From NCBI GenBank assembly GCA_024626585.2, contig JANKJI020000002.1, forward strand, positions 76,356,593 to 76,382,465: a DNA stretch of 25,873 nt. Direction: 5' to 3'. Of this stretch, positions 1-10,944 are shown piece after piece. Both the position numbers and the translations under genes were made by a program. The DNA is from Ginkgo biloba (lineage: Eukaryota; Plantae; Ginkgophyta). The notes beneath the pieces are model-generated. The model made no database searches. It saw only the letters and a list, made by a program, of their open reading frames with translations, and was not told the origin of the DNA. The number at the start of each line of letters is the position of its first letter. The stretch's first letter is position 1.

Positions 1-299
1 TAAACATAGAATCATTGGTCATCGTGAAAGATGCCAAAATTTCTTTATATAACCTCTTTTCAATAGAAAGAACATTGAATTTAGGACTCATTCATATTTT
101 CAAAAGATAATTTTGGTAATTAATCAACTTATAAATGAGGTTAGCCTTATTTTAATATGATCGTGACTTTTTAAAAACTAAGCACCTTTTAATAAAAAAT
201 AATCCTAAAGTTGAAACTTAGGGAAAATTCAAAAAAAAAAAATATTTTTTTAATTCAGTGACTATACACACCATTTCACCTCTAAATCAAATTTCTTCA

Positions 300-624
300 T
301 AGAATTTTTCTTGAATTATCACTCTATATTCTCTATACGATTCATATTCCATTATAATCTTCTCTTAATTGTAGTTTCCAATGATCTAATTACTACATAA
401 ACGTCTCCTATGGACATGATTCTTCAATGGAGTTCATCTCATAATCTTTCCTTTGGATTTATTGTAGTTGCATGATTCTTCTCGACCTTGAATCTACATG
501 CATCATCCATCTCCTATCATCCCATCTTCCTATAATTCTTGGTTCTAGCAACACCTTTTAACACTCTATATCCCATCATCAAATGACATCTCATCTAATA
601 CTATTTCACTTTGATGGTGTTACA
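300..624 (-). repeat. Possible 3' LTR of the minus-strand gypsy element
   Basis: Minus strand begins TGTAACACC at 624, a typical LTR terminus, just downstream of the integrase tail. The PPT is imperfect and the distal end is not defined. Confidence 0.3.
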
Positions 625-739
625 CTTACCTTAGGTCCAACTACCCTCTCCATGGCCATGTCTCAACTGTCTCTCACACGTAATGTCGATTATTCACCTC
701 CTTCTAAGGTGTAATGAGTGATTACAAATGGCCCTCTTG

Positions 740-1094
740 AAGATCCCTTCACACTAATTTCTAAGAATTTTTATCTTCCACTCCTGGTGTCTGGAAGTTT
801 CCTTTACAAAATTGTATCTTTATCCAACTTTTCTTGTATATCTAGTACAAGATCCTCTATGAATGGTAAGATTGATCCTTCCTCTTCATCTTCAGCAAGC
901 ATGGAAGGCTAAAATAATTTTATATTTTTTGAATTAACCATTAAATAAATCCCCATATAAGATAAAAAATTAAGTAGAAATGCATTATCTCCCACTTGTT
1001 GCACAATCTTGAATAGACCATACCTAAAGGAATTACGATTCTTTCCTGGACCTTACAACTACTTCTTACTGAGGTGATGCAACACCATATCTCC
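740..1094 (-). pseudogene. Ty3/gypsy integrase C-terminal (GPY/F) region, degenerate
   Basis: Minus strand translates GDMVLHHLSKK*L*GPGKNRNSFRYGLFKIVQQVGDNAFLLNFLSYMGIYLMVNSKNIKLF*PSML, matching the gypsy GDxV..L...RYGP(F/Y).I...VGDNA..L.LP....(V)N...LK.(Y/F) pattern; internal stops. Confidence 0.85.
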
Positions 1095-1230
1095 TTATTT
1101 TAATTCATGAGCCATTCTATGTTGATCATGNNNNNNNNNNNNNNNNNNNNNNNNNNNNNNNNNNNNNNNNNNNNNNNNNNNNNNNNNNNNNNNNNNNNNN
1201 NNNNNNNNNNNNNNNNNNNNNNNNNNNNNN

Positions 1231-1423
1231 CTTCAACCTGTAATGGAGTCTTGGAGGTGTTAGGATCTCCTTGATCTCTCTTTGGAGTGTTTGGTTCTAA
1301 TTTTTATTTCTTTTCATCCTTTTTAGGATTCAATTCTTATAGCAACTCACAAATGGTCTCTATGCTAGTTTCCAACTGTTAGAGTCTGGATTCAACCATT
1401 TCACACTCTACTCTTTTTTCCAT
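1231..1423 (-). pseudogene. Probable Ty3/gypsy gag N-terminal fragment
   Basis: MEKRVECEMVESRL*QLETSIETICELL*ELNPKK...SKTPLQVE: coiled-coil-like start ending in a TP(F/L)xV(E/Q) motif that resembles the segment before the P.(F/Y)DG gag motif. Same strand as the integrase tail across a 100-N gap. Confidence 0.45.
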
Positions 1424-1480
1424 TCTTTGTTTTCTTTGTTATATATTTAGATCCAAGTTATTTTCTTAATTTTTCTTCAA

Positions 1481-1686
1481 CTCGTTGGTGTTGGCAAGGA
1501 GCTACTCGGTGTCAATGAGAAGCTCATCAGTGTCAATAAGTAAACCCATTGATGTTGGTGAGTAAACTTGTTAGTGTCGGTGAAGATGTTCCTAACATAA
1601 TAGTGGGTTATTAGTTAAAAGTGTAGGTTATTAGTGATGTGCATAGAAGCTCGTCAGTGTTAGTGAGGAAGCTCGTCAGTGTTAGT
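1481..1686 (+). repeat. Degenerate ~21-22 bp tandem repeat
   Basis: Five adjacent units at about 1481-1588 (ctcgttggtgttggcaaggag / ctactcggtgtcaatgagaag / ctcatcagtgtcaataagtaaa / cccattgatgttggtgagtaaa / cttgttagtgtcggtgaag) and two near-identical gaagctcgtcagtgttagt units at about 1646-1686. Confidence 0.75.
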
Positions 1687-1689
1687 ATG

Positions 1690-2630
1690 CTAAATACTGA
1701 CAACTGATATGATGCAGTCTAGTGAGAAAATTAATAGAGATAATACTAATGCTAACAAAGGATTTGAACGAAATGGATTTAAAAATAGGGAAATAAAAAG
1801 TTTGAGTCTGATAGAGTCTCATCAATGAATGACAGAGGTAATGACTGACATGATGAGAAGACATAGGCTCACTGATAGATGATAGAGGTGGAGTCTGATA
1901 GAATCTCATTAATGATGTCAGCATATAATTATATCATTCGACATTAGGAAGATCAGGAAGATTTTAACATAAAATTTTAAGTATTTTAAGGGTATGTGTG
2001 TGTGTTTGCATGGTGAGAACTCAAATGAAAATAAAGGTAAATTTGATAGCAATGAATATGGAATTTATTTGAAATCTAACAAAGTGTGAAAGAAGGGATC
2101 ATTAAGATGAACAATAGGGACAAACTCATACATCTAATGATAGATAAGGTTTAAGGTTGATAGACAATGACATAGATAAGTTCGTCCAACAGACAAAGGT
2201 AATGGTCAAGAATGACAGATACTAACTAACATGGACAACATGGTTATGCTCAATAAAGGATAACCAACATATCGATAGATGATGGGAAAAATATTTAGTT
2301 GCATGAGAATTTATCTTTCACAAGGAAAATAAAGTAATTTGAAAGGTTAAAAATATAAAAATGAAATCAACAACATTGTAAAAGATATATATTTTTGGGT
2401 AAGAGAGAGAACAGAGAAGTAGGGAAGCAAGAGAAAGAGGTACATAATAGAATTTTTTCACTAAAGACTAATTATTTTATAGTCTAAACATTATAATCCT
2501 GTGTACTATTGAATTAATAAAATCTAGTGGATTTTTTATCCCTAGAGGATTTTCTCCACTTTAAAACCTCTTGTGTCTTCTTAGTGATAAATTCTCTACT
2601 AGTGCCTGGTGAATTTCTTTGACTATATGA
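1690..2630 (+). mobile_element. LTR-like non-coding retrotransposon segment
   Basis: Internal direct repeat gagtctgataga.tctcat.aatga (about 1804 and 1891); TATA-like tatatat at about 2387 followed by a GA-rich tract; motif ggattttttatccctagaggattttctcc...tgtgtc (2527-2577) resembling plant LTR U5 motifs and shared with 9159-9207 (minus). Confidence 0.55.
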
Positions 2631-3074
2631 TGATTNNNNNNNNNNNNNNNNNNNNNNNNNNNNNNNNNNNNNNNNNNNNNNNNNNNNNNNNNNNNNNNNN
2701 NNNNNNNNNNNNNNNNNNNNNNNNNNNNAGTATTAAGGAATCAAAGGTCTTGGTATTCTTATAACTTGTATGATCTAAACATATAAATAGTTTGTAGAAG
2801 GAGGAGAACATCTGAAAGGAACTCTAGAATAATACCATAGACTAAAGAAGAGCAATGTTGGGGCATTATGAGGATTCATAGGAATAAGAATTTCAAGCTC
2901 AAATTTCTAGAGTGGATGAAAATATGAAGAACATATAGAATTTGGTGAATCAACTCCTGACTCTCATGTTGGACNNNNNNNNNNNNNNNNNNNNNNNNNN
3001 NNNNNNNNNNNNNNNNNNNNNNNNNNNNNNNNNNNNNNNNNNNNNNNNNNNNNNNNNNNNNNNNNNNNNNNNNN

Positions 3075-3550
3075 TAAAAAAATTAATGATCATAAAGTAA
3101 GACTAAGTCTAGGGAAGTTTTAGATAATTAAGGATAAGATCCTATGAAATAACTTTAGGATACTAAAGGAATTAACAAATACTTAATGAAAAACCCCATT
3201 AAGATGTGCCATAGTAAATTATCATACCAAAGGAAATTATTATTCCCCATAGGTATATGTAATATGATAAACATCCATGACATATATCTGGTAAATGGTT
3301 GATTTTAGAATGAGGAATATGTTAACTTAAGTCATATATCATTAATATATATAAATATTCAAAATCAAAGAGTATGGGAGACATACCAACTAGTAAAAAA
3401 TATAAGAATATACAAGTAGAAGCATTGATAGAATATTTCTCAAAGTTATAGAACCATGGTAAGAGAGTGTAAATTTGCTATAAAATACTACAAGAAACTT
3501 CATAAATTGAAAAGTGAAGAATAGAGGAACATAATCTCTTAATCATCTAT
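3075..3550 (+). repeat. Post-integrase block A of non-chromovirus gypsy family, copy 1
   Basis: Aligns by eye with 8510-8815 (+) and 21855-22310 (-), e.g. shared aatatgataaac...aaatggttgatttt.gaa and (copies 1 and 3) gaatatttctcaaagttatagaaccatggtaagagagtgtaaatttgc. Confidence 0.85.
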
Positions 3551-4290
3551 AAATTTAGGAGAATCCTAGTGGAATCTCCCTAAGGTGGTCTTNNNNNNNN
3601 NNNNNNNNNNNNNNNNNNNNNNNNNNNNNNNNNNNNNNNNNNNNNNNNNNNNNNNNNNNNNNNNNNNNNNNNNNNNNNNNNNNNNNNNNNNTAATTTTTT
3701 TAACTCCTTAATTCTTTATCAAAATATTAAATTAAATTGTATTCTTTCATAGCAATTATTAATTTATAACTACACATGATATATGAAGGAGAGTGAATCC
3801 CAAGTGATAAATTAGAAGGATTTATCTATTCTCCTATATATGCTAACACTGGAATTAGTGATTGAACATAACTATTTATTAAATAAGGATTGTCAACTCT
3901 ACCATAATTCCCCAAAGAAAGTCAATAATGNNNNNNNNNNNNNNNNNNNAATGGAGAAAAACAAGAAGTCATCATAAGGGATTAAATACCTATATGATTT
4001 TATTTCAATATAAACACATACACTTATAATAATAGGATATTATATATATAGAAAATTAGAGAGAAGAAATAAAGGCCAAGAATACTAGCTCTATGAAAAC
4101 CTAGTACTTAATGTTGGGTCTCACCTTAGAAGGGAGAAACAACCACAAATAATTAAAGGGGAATATTCCTAATTGATAAGGATATTTTGNNNNNNNNNNN
4201 NNNNNNNNNNNNNNNNNNNNNNNNNNNNNNNNNNNNNNNNNNNNNNNNNNNNNNNNNNNNNNNNNNNNNNNNNNNNNNNNNNNNNNNNNA

Positions 4291-4500
4291 AAGTTAGAGG
4301 AGGAGGGTTGACACTAACTAGAACCTGAGGCCATCCTAGAAGAGTGTCACTAACAACTCTACACTAGATAGATTATAGAGTTCTTTATCAAATGAAATAA
4401 TCTTCTGCTAGAAGATTCCACCTAAGAAGATGAGTCCTTCATACAATAACATCAAGAGTTAATAATGCTTTGACGTAAAATCTTTTTTGAAGGGGAGGGA
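4291..4500 (+). pseudogene. Chromovirus (Ty3/gypsy) chromodomain plus polypurine tract
   Basis: KLEEEG*H*LEPEAILEECH*QLYTR*IIEFFIK*NNLLLEDST*EDESFIQ*HQEL...FFEGEG matches the LEPE.IL......EYLIKW.NLP.EDSTWEDE chromodomain; PPT gaaggggaggga at 4489-4500. Confidence 0.9.
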
Positions 4501-4502
4501 CT

Positions 4503-4821
4503 TATAATAAACTCGACCCTTAGTTCTTTCTATATTCTCACACCTACTTCTTTTATTCTTTCTGACACTTGTCTTCTTCTCTCATAAACCTATTACATGT
4601 AAAAATATGTAAAGCACTCATATTACATGTGACCCACCTTTTCTTATACTCTCCACTATATGTACTCTCATGTAAAACCTTTGAGTTATCTTTGTATTGA
4701 GAAATATTATATTGGAGGTTTTCACCCTCAAATTGGATTGGTTAATGTGATATTGGCTATTGTGTTTTGAGCAATCTTGTGTTTAGTGAATTGTCTTGGA
4801 TCAGAGAAGAGGTTGGTTACA
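4503..4821 (+). repeat. 3' LTR of the chromovirus element (~320 bp)
   Basis: Starts tataat (TGTAAT with G>A) 2 nt after the PPT and ends ggttaca at 4821, after which unrelated A-rich sequence resumes. Confidence 0.65.
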
Positions 4822-5949
4822 TTGACTCAACTACTACTTAGATAATTTAAGTAAAGTTACACACATTTATATTATATCAAAGTAAATTATAGACTCTGCA
4901 TAAGATTGTAATATGGTAAAATCTAGCATAATTAATAATAAGCTCCACTATAGAAAAATGGAACTAAAATAACATATACAATATAGCACTTGGTTGAAAT
5001 ATAAATACCAACCAAAGGAGGTAGATAAAACTAGCATAATATTTATAATGATTCTACCTTTTTCATTAAGATATTTCTTGATATAAAATTTTGTAAGAAA
5101 GGATGGATCCACCTATATTATTATGAGACCATATGAACGTGAGACTACAAGGAAGGATATTAAAATATAGTTTTAAAGGGTTGCAAGTACCTATGGATGG
5201 AATAAAGGAATATTCAAAGGAATTTTAAGGCACTTAGAAGATCACAACAACTGGTGATGATAAAATCCCTAGGGAATACTAGGCCAGGTTAGATAAATTG
5301 ACTAAAGTTCTTTCAAACTAAGGTGATTTAATATGATTATTATCTTATAAGGGGTTGGCTAAAATTTGATATTGGTTAATAAAGGGAAATTCACATAAAA
5401 ACACTAACTTAAGGGATATATGGAAACATTAATGGATTACCCAAACCCAAGTAATGGTTAGGAAGAAAGTTGGAACCTATGTTAGAAAAATATGGAAAAA
5501 AATTACCATGCTTGTGGAAGAAAGACAAAATTGGTAGAATAAATTATCCATAATATGTAGAATTATCAATATTATAGTAGTTTATTATCTTACAACCACC
5601 CACACATATGATAAAAAGTTATAACAAGAGAAACTCCTTAATACCTACAAAACTAAAAAAGGTTAGGCAACCAAATGGACCTTGGAGNNNNNNNNNNNNN
5701 NNNNNNNNNNNNNNNNNNNNNNNNNNNNNNNNNNNNAAATAGAATCCATATGACCTATAACAAAACACCTCTAGATGGCTAGTAAGGGAAATTAATACAC
5801 CTCAAAATGAATAGGAGGAAGGTATAAATGCTAGTATCATGTAAGAAATACCAAATTCTACATAGTGACCCAAAAGGAATGGGAATCTTATAAGACCTAA
5901 TAACTAACTACATTAGTAGTAGGGGAAATCACATAAAGGATGAAAATAA
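4822..5949 (+). mobile_element. Post-integrase region (includes block B) of non-chromovirus gypsy family
   Basis: 5268-5570 matches the reverse complement of 21531-21821, which lies next to block A copy 3. The flanking parts are assigned only by continuity and A-rich strand bias. Confidence 0.65.
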
Positions 5950-6556
5950 NNNNNNNNNNNNNNNNNNNNNNNNNNNNNNNNNNNNNNNNNNNNNNNNNNN
6001 NNNNNNNNNNNNNNNNNNNNNNNNNNNNNNNNNNNNNNNNNNNNNNNNNNNNNNNNNNNNNNNNNNNNNNNNNNNNNNNNNNNNNNNNNNNNNNNNNNNN
6101 NNNNNNNNNNNNNNNNNNNNNNNNNNNNNNNNNNNNNNNNNNNNNNNNNNNNNNNNNNNNNNNNNNNNNNNNNNNNNNNNNNNNNNNNNNNNNNNNNNNN
6201 NNNNNNNNNNNNNNNNNNNNNNNNNNNNNNNNNNNNNNNNNNNNNNNNNNNNNNNNNNNNNNNNNNNNNNNNNNNNNNNNNNNNNNNNNNNNNNNNNNNN
6301 NNNNNNNNNNNNNNNNNNNNNNNNNNNNNNNNNNNNNNNNNNNNNNNNNNNNNNNNNNNNNNNNNNNNNNNNNNNNNNNNNNNNNNNNNNNNNNNNNNNN
6401 NNNNNNNNNNNNNNNNNNNNNNNNNNNNNNNNNNNNNNNNNNNNNNNNNNNNNNNNNNNNNNNNNNNNNNNNNNNNNNNNNNNNNNNNNNNNNNNNNNNN
6501 NNNNNNNNNNNNNNNNNNNNNNNNNNNNNNNNNNNNNNNNNNNNNNNNNNNNNNNA

Positions 6557-7452
6557 TATTTATGAAGGCTAAATATCTGACCAATATAACAACATCACTT
6601 CTATATTTAATGAATGGCTAAATGTTTACCATTATAAAGACTAAAATAGTCGTGATCAAGAGTAATATACACCACTAGTATTTGATAATTATAGGGGACA
6701 TGTGAAGATTCAACTATATGAGTAGAAACCAAGTGCGATTGTTTTCTATATTTATAAAATACAAGGAAGATATAAGAAATATAATAAGTCTGGAAGGAAG
6801 ATGGGAGGACTCAAAAGAAAGGAAAATATGGGAGGGACATACAAAATACAAGACAAGGCATCATAATGTAATATGAAAAGCATCCTTTAGTAAGATATAA
6901 GGGATGAATAGGACATGATACTTATGTTTTAAAACTATAAATTAAACATATATGTAATAAAATTCTTCGTTCGTATGATTAACCATTGACTAATTTCATC
7001 TAGATTCAAGGTTCAATTTAATATATTATTTAATATTTGGCATGCCTCTATTCCATAAAGTCTTGAAATTATATTAAATTATACTTTTGCCAAAATCTAA
7101 TGAAATAGTGTGATTGTTGGCCAATATTAATAAAGGAATGAAATAAGAATAAGTGGGCATCTTATCTAAGGATGACATTGATGATATCTTTGTGTTTCAT
7201 TCCCTATTACTTTGAGAATTTTTCTTATGGGAGGGATAGTCCTTTGCTCGCTACTTTGTTTCACTAAGTAGTGAAATAAATAGTTTAATGGGGATATGTG
7301 AGGGAATATAAAGGGTGAATTCATTTTATGTTGGTTCCATGCATTTTCTTATTTCTCCCTATCTTATTTTTGTGAAAAATAAAGTGTTGTAATTCTAGCA
7401 CACTACAAAGGTGCACACTAACACATTATCTTTTGTAATTGCATACACTAAC
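6557..7452 (+). repeat. LTR-like segment ending ...CACTAACA
   Basis: Non-coding, with repeated cacact(a)aca motifs at 7398-7452 and a CA terminus abutting an integrase relic; 6955-7110 is homologous to 9705-9855. Confidence 0.45.
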
Positions 7453-8390
7453 AAGGAATTACAAAATTATCTATATAGAGAGCTAATTTAGGCCATAAAA
7501 GTTGATAAAGAAGCTAAATTCTAATGTAATAGGGAATGCATAAGGCTACAGGAAAGATTACCCCCTTGGATACAATCAAATTCTCTACATCTTTGAAGGT
7601 AATTCTTTGAAGTCTCCATTACCAAGTGGGTACATCCTTTAGCATACTACAAGATGAAAATAATAAAATGTTTTAAGGGAACATAAGTATAAACAATAAT
7701 AGAGATACCATTACTAATAAGTTGTCTAATGATGGTCAATGAAATGATTTGTATAGAATGCCATAGAAACTTAATCTTATTGGATAATTTACAATATCCA
7801 TTGCTTTACATCTCATTGAGAAAGTATTCAAAATTCTAAATGATAAATCTAAATTATAGACTTAGATCATTTAAGAATAATGGTTTAATATAAAGAATGA
7901 TGGCATGGTAATATATATAATGTTAGGCATCATGGAGCACTAGGGAGAGTCATTCCTAATNNNNNNNNNNNNNNNNNNNNNNNNNNNNNNNNNNNNNNNN
8001 NNNNNNNNNNNNNNNNNNNNNNNNNNNNNNNNNNNNNNNNNNNNNNNNNNNNNNNNNNNNAGATCCCTTATAAGAGAGAATATTATAGTTGAATCATATT
8101 TACAATAATCAATCATTGGAACTGTAACACTAATAAGTGTTAAAGGAAAGAGTGATAAAGGATGTATACTCATAAGATCAAATGCATACAAATGCATACA
8201 ACTCCATCGAGGAGACATCATACTACTATATGATTCTAAGTATAAAATTATTAATTGTAACATTAAGAGAAGGTAGTTAGGAGCCTATGTTCTTAAGAAT
8301 ATGTATAAAATGCATTAGAATCCCCATCCAAATTGAATTGTGAACCTATACAAGGGTAGATAAATGGATATTGCCTAAATTTATTTCATA
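7453..8390 (+). pseudogene. Non-chromovirus (Athila-like) Ty3/gypsy integrase, degenerate core and GPY/F tail
   Basis: ITKWV at about 7618 (cf. DY.TKWVEA); LHRGDIILLYDSKYKIINCNIKRR*LGAYVLK...EPIQG*INGYCLNLF (8202-8390, with a frameshift) matches F..GD.VLLYDS.....KL..RWLGPY...G.VNG.RLK.Y. Core region is weak; tail is clear. Confidence 0.7.
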
Positions 8391-8820
8391 ACTAAGTCTA
8401 TAAATCAACATATTTTATAATTATATATATGTAGAAAGTAGATACATATAAAAACTAAAAATCTAAAAATAGACAATCAAAATGAATATCATTTTCATAT
8501 GGATTAGAAAATAAATGGCCACAAAGTAGGACCAGGTCTAGGGAAGTGTAAGACAAGTTCAGATAAGATCCATTGAAATCACTTTAAGAAGCTAAAGGAA
8601 TTGATAAGAACTTAATAAAATCCCATTAAGTATATGAATCATAGTAAATTTTCATATCAACAGAGATTGTAACTCCCCATAGGTGTATATAATATGATAA
8701 ACTAACATGACATCTATCCAATAAATGGTTGATTTTAGAATGATAAATTTTCTAAATTAAGTAGAAGATCCTTAATCCATAGAAATATGCAAAATCAAAG
8801 AGTACAAGAATATACAAATG
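8391..8820 (+). repeat. Post-integrase block A, copy 2
   Basis: Directly follows the integrase tail; homologous to 3075-3390 and to the reverse complement of about 22010-22430; truncated at an LTR-like TGTAGG at 8822. Confidence 0.85.
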
Positions 8821-8821
8821 A

Positions 8822-9583
8822 TGTAGGAGAGGGGGCAATGTCTGAGGGCCCATCACACAAATGTGCATGTGACCTTCTAAATTAAACTTTGTATTAAAAA
8901 GTTATGCCCGATGTTAGTTGACATAACCCTACATCGATGCTATCGATGATTCTTCCACATGGAGTCATCACCCTCTTTCATTCCAAGATCCTAACAGACA
9001 AATCCACTATCGATGTCGATGAGCTCCTAACGTGGATCCTAGCATATTCCATGTTGGTGACTACATTTTCCACCAACCAACAGATGTTCAATCATAAATA
9101 ATTCATTATTCATTTTATAACAAGAAATAAGGCATCAATACATAAAGGATATCAATGTGACACACGATATTTTAACTGAAGAAACCCTCTTAGGGAATAA
9201 AACTCCAAGTGCATTCAAATTAAAATATATACCAATTACAAGAGCCTATACAACTCTTCCTTACTATCGGAGGGCCAATACACTTAGTTATAAATAAATC
9301 AATCTCTCAGGCCAATGCCTCTAAAATTTGAGCTANNNNNNNNNNNNNNNNNNNNNNNNAAGTTCCTTCTAGAGCTTGATTCCTTATTTCAATCCACTAA
9401 ACCACCTGAACTCACCCTCAACACTCGACTCTGCTCTTTTTCTCTCTTCACCCAACTTACAATCCTCCAACTAGCTAACTGTCTATTACTCACGCATCCA
9501 AAACAATTTAACCCTTGAACTCTCCTTACTTCAAGAACTCAAAATAATCAATCCTTCAATTGTCTAACCCATTCTTCTTATGC
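8822..9583 (-). repeat. LTR-like insertion (minus strand)
   Basis: Boundary tgtagg at 8822 (…CCTACA on minus) interrupts block A; 9159-9207 is the reverse complement of the motif at 2527-2577; CT-rich tract at 9430-9450 mirrors the GA-rich tract at about 2400. Confidence 0.55.
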
Positions 9584-10109
9584 NNNNNNNNNNNNNNNNN
9601 NNNNNNNNNNNNNNNNNNNNNNNNNNNNNNNNNNNNNNNNNNNNNNNNNNNNNNNNNNNNNNNNNNNNNNNNNNNNNNNNNNNAATAGAAACTAAATATC
9701 TGTCGAATAAAATGATTAGTTCATATGATCAACCATTGATTAATGTCATCCAGAGTGGGGGTTCAATTGAATAGATTATTTGGAATTATTGTATTCCATA
9801 AAGTCTTAAAATTCCATTACATTGTAATTGAATTGGTAAAATCTAATGAAACTATGGATAGTTGCACTTGCTTCACCTTAGATGTGTGTAGTGGAGAAAT
9901 TTCATCCTACTTGACACCATTTTCTTTCACTCCCATTTTATTTGATGTCATTTAGGACTAATATATTGCTTTGAGCAACTAATCTTATATACTGGAAGTC
10001 CAAAAACTCAATAGTGACAATAAAACAAAAGAATAAAAGTTAGTTATTAAAGGATGAATGAACTAAATCTTTGATATTTTATTTTAATTAAAGTGCAGAG
10101 GGAGAGGGA

Positions 10110-10931
10110 GAGTCAACCCCCTCTTCTTCTTCTTCTTCATTTTACTCTTCCTCTTCCTCCTTCTTATTCTTCCCAGTCATTATCTTTTGTATCTGCTTTT
10201 CTTCTTGCCCTTTATCTTCTTTTGTATACTCCCCTTCTCACCCTATTGAGTTTGAGTTCGAGTTTGGAGTGTTATTCACAGCCACTTTGTCGACAATTTC
10301 ATTAAATTTCCTCCTCCTCTTCACGTTGTTGGATATTATAATGTCATCTACTCCTCTATTCTTAACCTCTTCGACTTGTTCCAAATTATGATTTGCATTT
10401 GCATTTGCATTAGCATTAGGATTAGGATTAGGATTAGCACTAGCACTTGTAATTTCCTTGATTTGGTTCCTCTTTGCAATGACCTGTGATTCAATGGCGG
10501 CCTATGATTCTTCATTCAATGGCCCCTATTTAGCTTCTCTACGGCCCATGAGGGCCTACGTGACCTTGTTCCACACCCATGAACCTTGGCATTTACCATC
10601 TACAATGGCTCCTCTGAGCCTTTCCTTCCATGATGACCTATGTATAAAGGTTTGTAATGAATGGCGGTCATTCCACAACCCATGCCACCTTCATTTTCTT
10701 TCAATGCAACCTTGTGAGGGCTATTTCTACGTATTTGTTCATGTGCATGCCTAGACTTTGCCATTTTTCTCTATTGTTGTGAGTCCGCTTTGCATGCATC
10801 TCAAGTGAGTCATCATTTTCTCCATTCCTCTTTAAGATCAAAAATCGATTTTCTTCTTCACTTCTTATAAATACAATAGTAAGATTTACTAGTACTCTGC
10901 CTGCATTCTAAAACCAAGATCAAGAGCCATT
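10110..10931 (-). mobile_element. 5' internal region (leader / low-complexity gag-like start) of an LTR retrotransposon
   Basis: Lies downstream of the PBS at 10932-10944; minus strand encodes (NP)n/(NA)n repeats followed by an E/R-rich stretch; partial diverged copy at 11480-11810. Confidence 0.6.
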
Positions 10932-10944
10932 GGCTCTAATACCA
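10932..10944 (-). promoter_or_regulatory. Primer-binding site, tRNA-iMet
   Basis: Minus strand TGGTATTAGAGCC (one C>T from TGGTATCAGAGCC) immediately after the LTR end ...TTATCA. Confidence 0.85.

Noticed and set aside
70-140. RNase H-like LVINQL motif
   Set aside because: Single short motif in very AT-rich sequence with no supporting flanking motifs.
1481-1686. CRISPR-like repeat array
   Set aside because: Units are adjacent and degenerate with no unique spacers; eukaryotic repeat context; no cas genes.
4796-4806. PBS-like tggatcagag
   Set aside because: Lacks a base, is not preceded by CA, and lies inside the inferred 3' LTR.
5913-6584. Long ORFs in the ORF track (also 24438-24821, 18493-18796, 17514-17824)
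   Set aside because: They consist mostly of N-derived X residues and are gap artefacts.
7748-7770. CxxC zinc-finger start (CIECH)
   Set aside because: No completing His/Cys spacing, and the homologous copy at 11260 offers no support; lies within a degenerate integrase core.
8060-8260. dUTPase-like motif (CIQLHRGDII)
   Set aside because: The continuation GDIILLYDSK...R*LGAY identifies it as an integrase GPY/F tail.
10391-10447. Telomere-like (TTAGGA)n repeat, also at 11749-11776
   Set aside because: Only 3-4 units, not TTTAGGG/TTAGGG, and part of a mixed hexamer array inside a retroelement.
10093-10754. Hydrophobic small ORFs (10093-10305, 10458-10754, 11346-11603) as membrane peptides
   Set aside because: They are antisense readings of purine-rich retroelement sequence.
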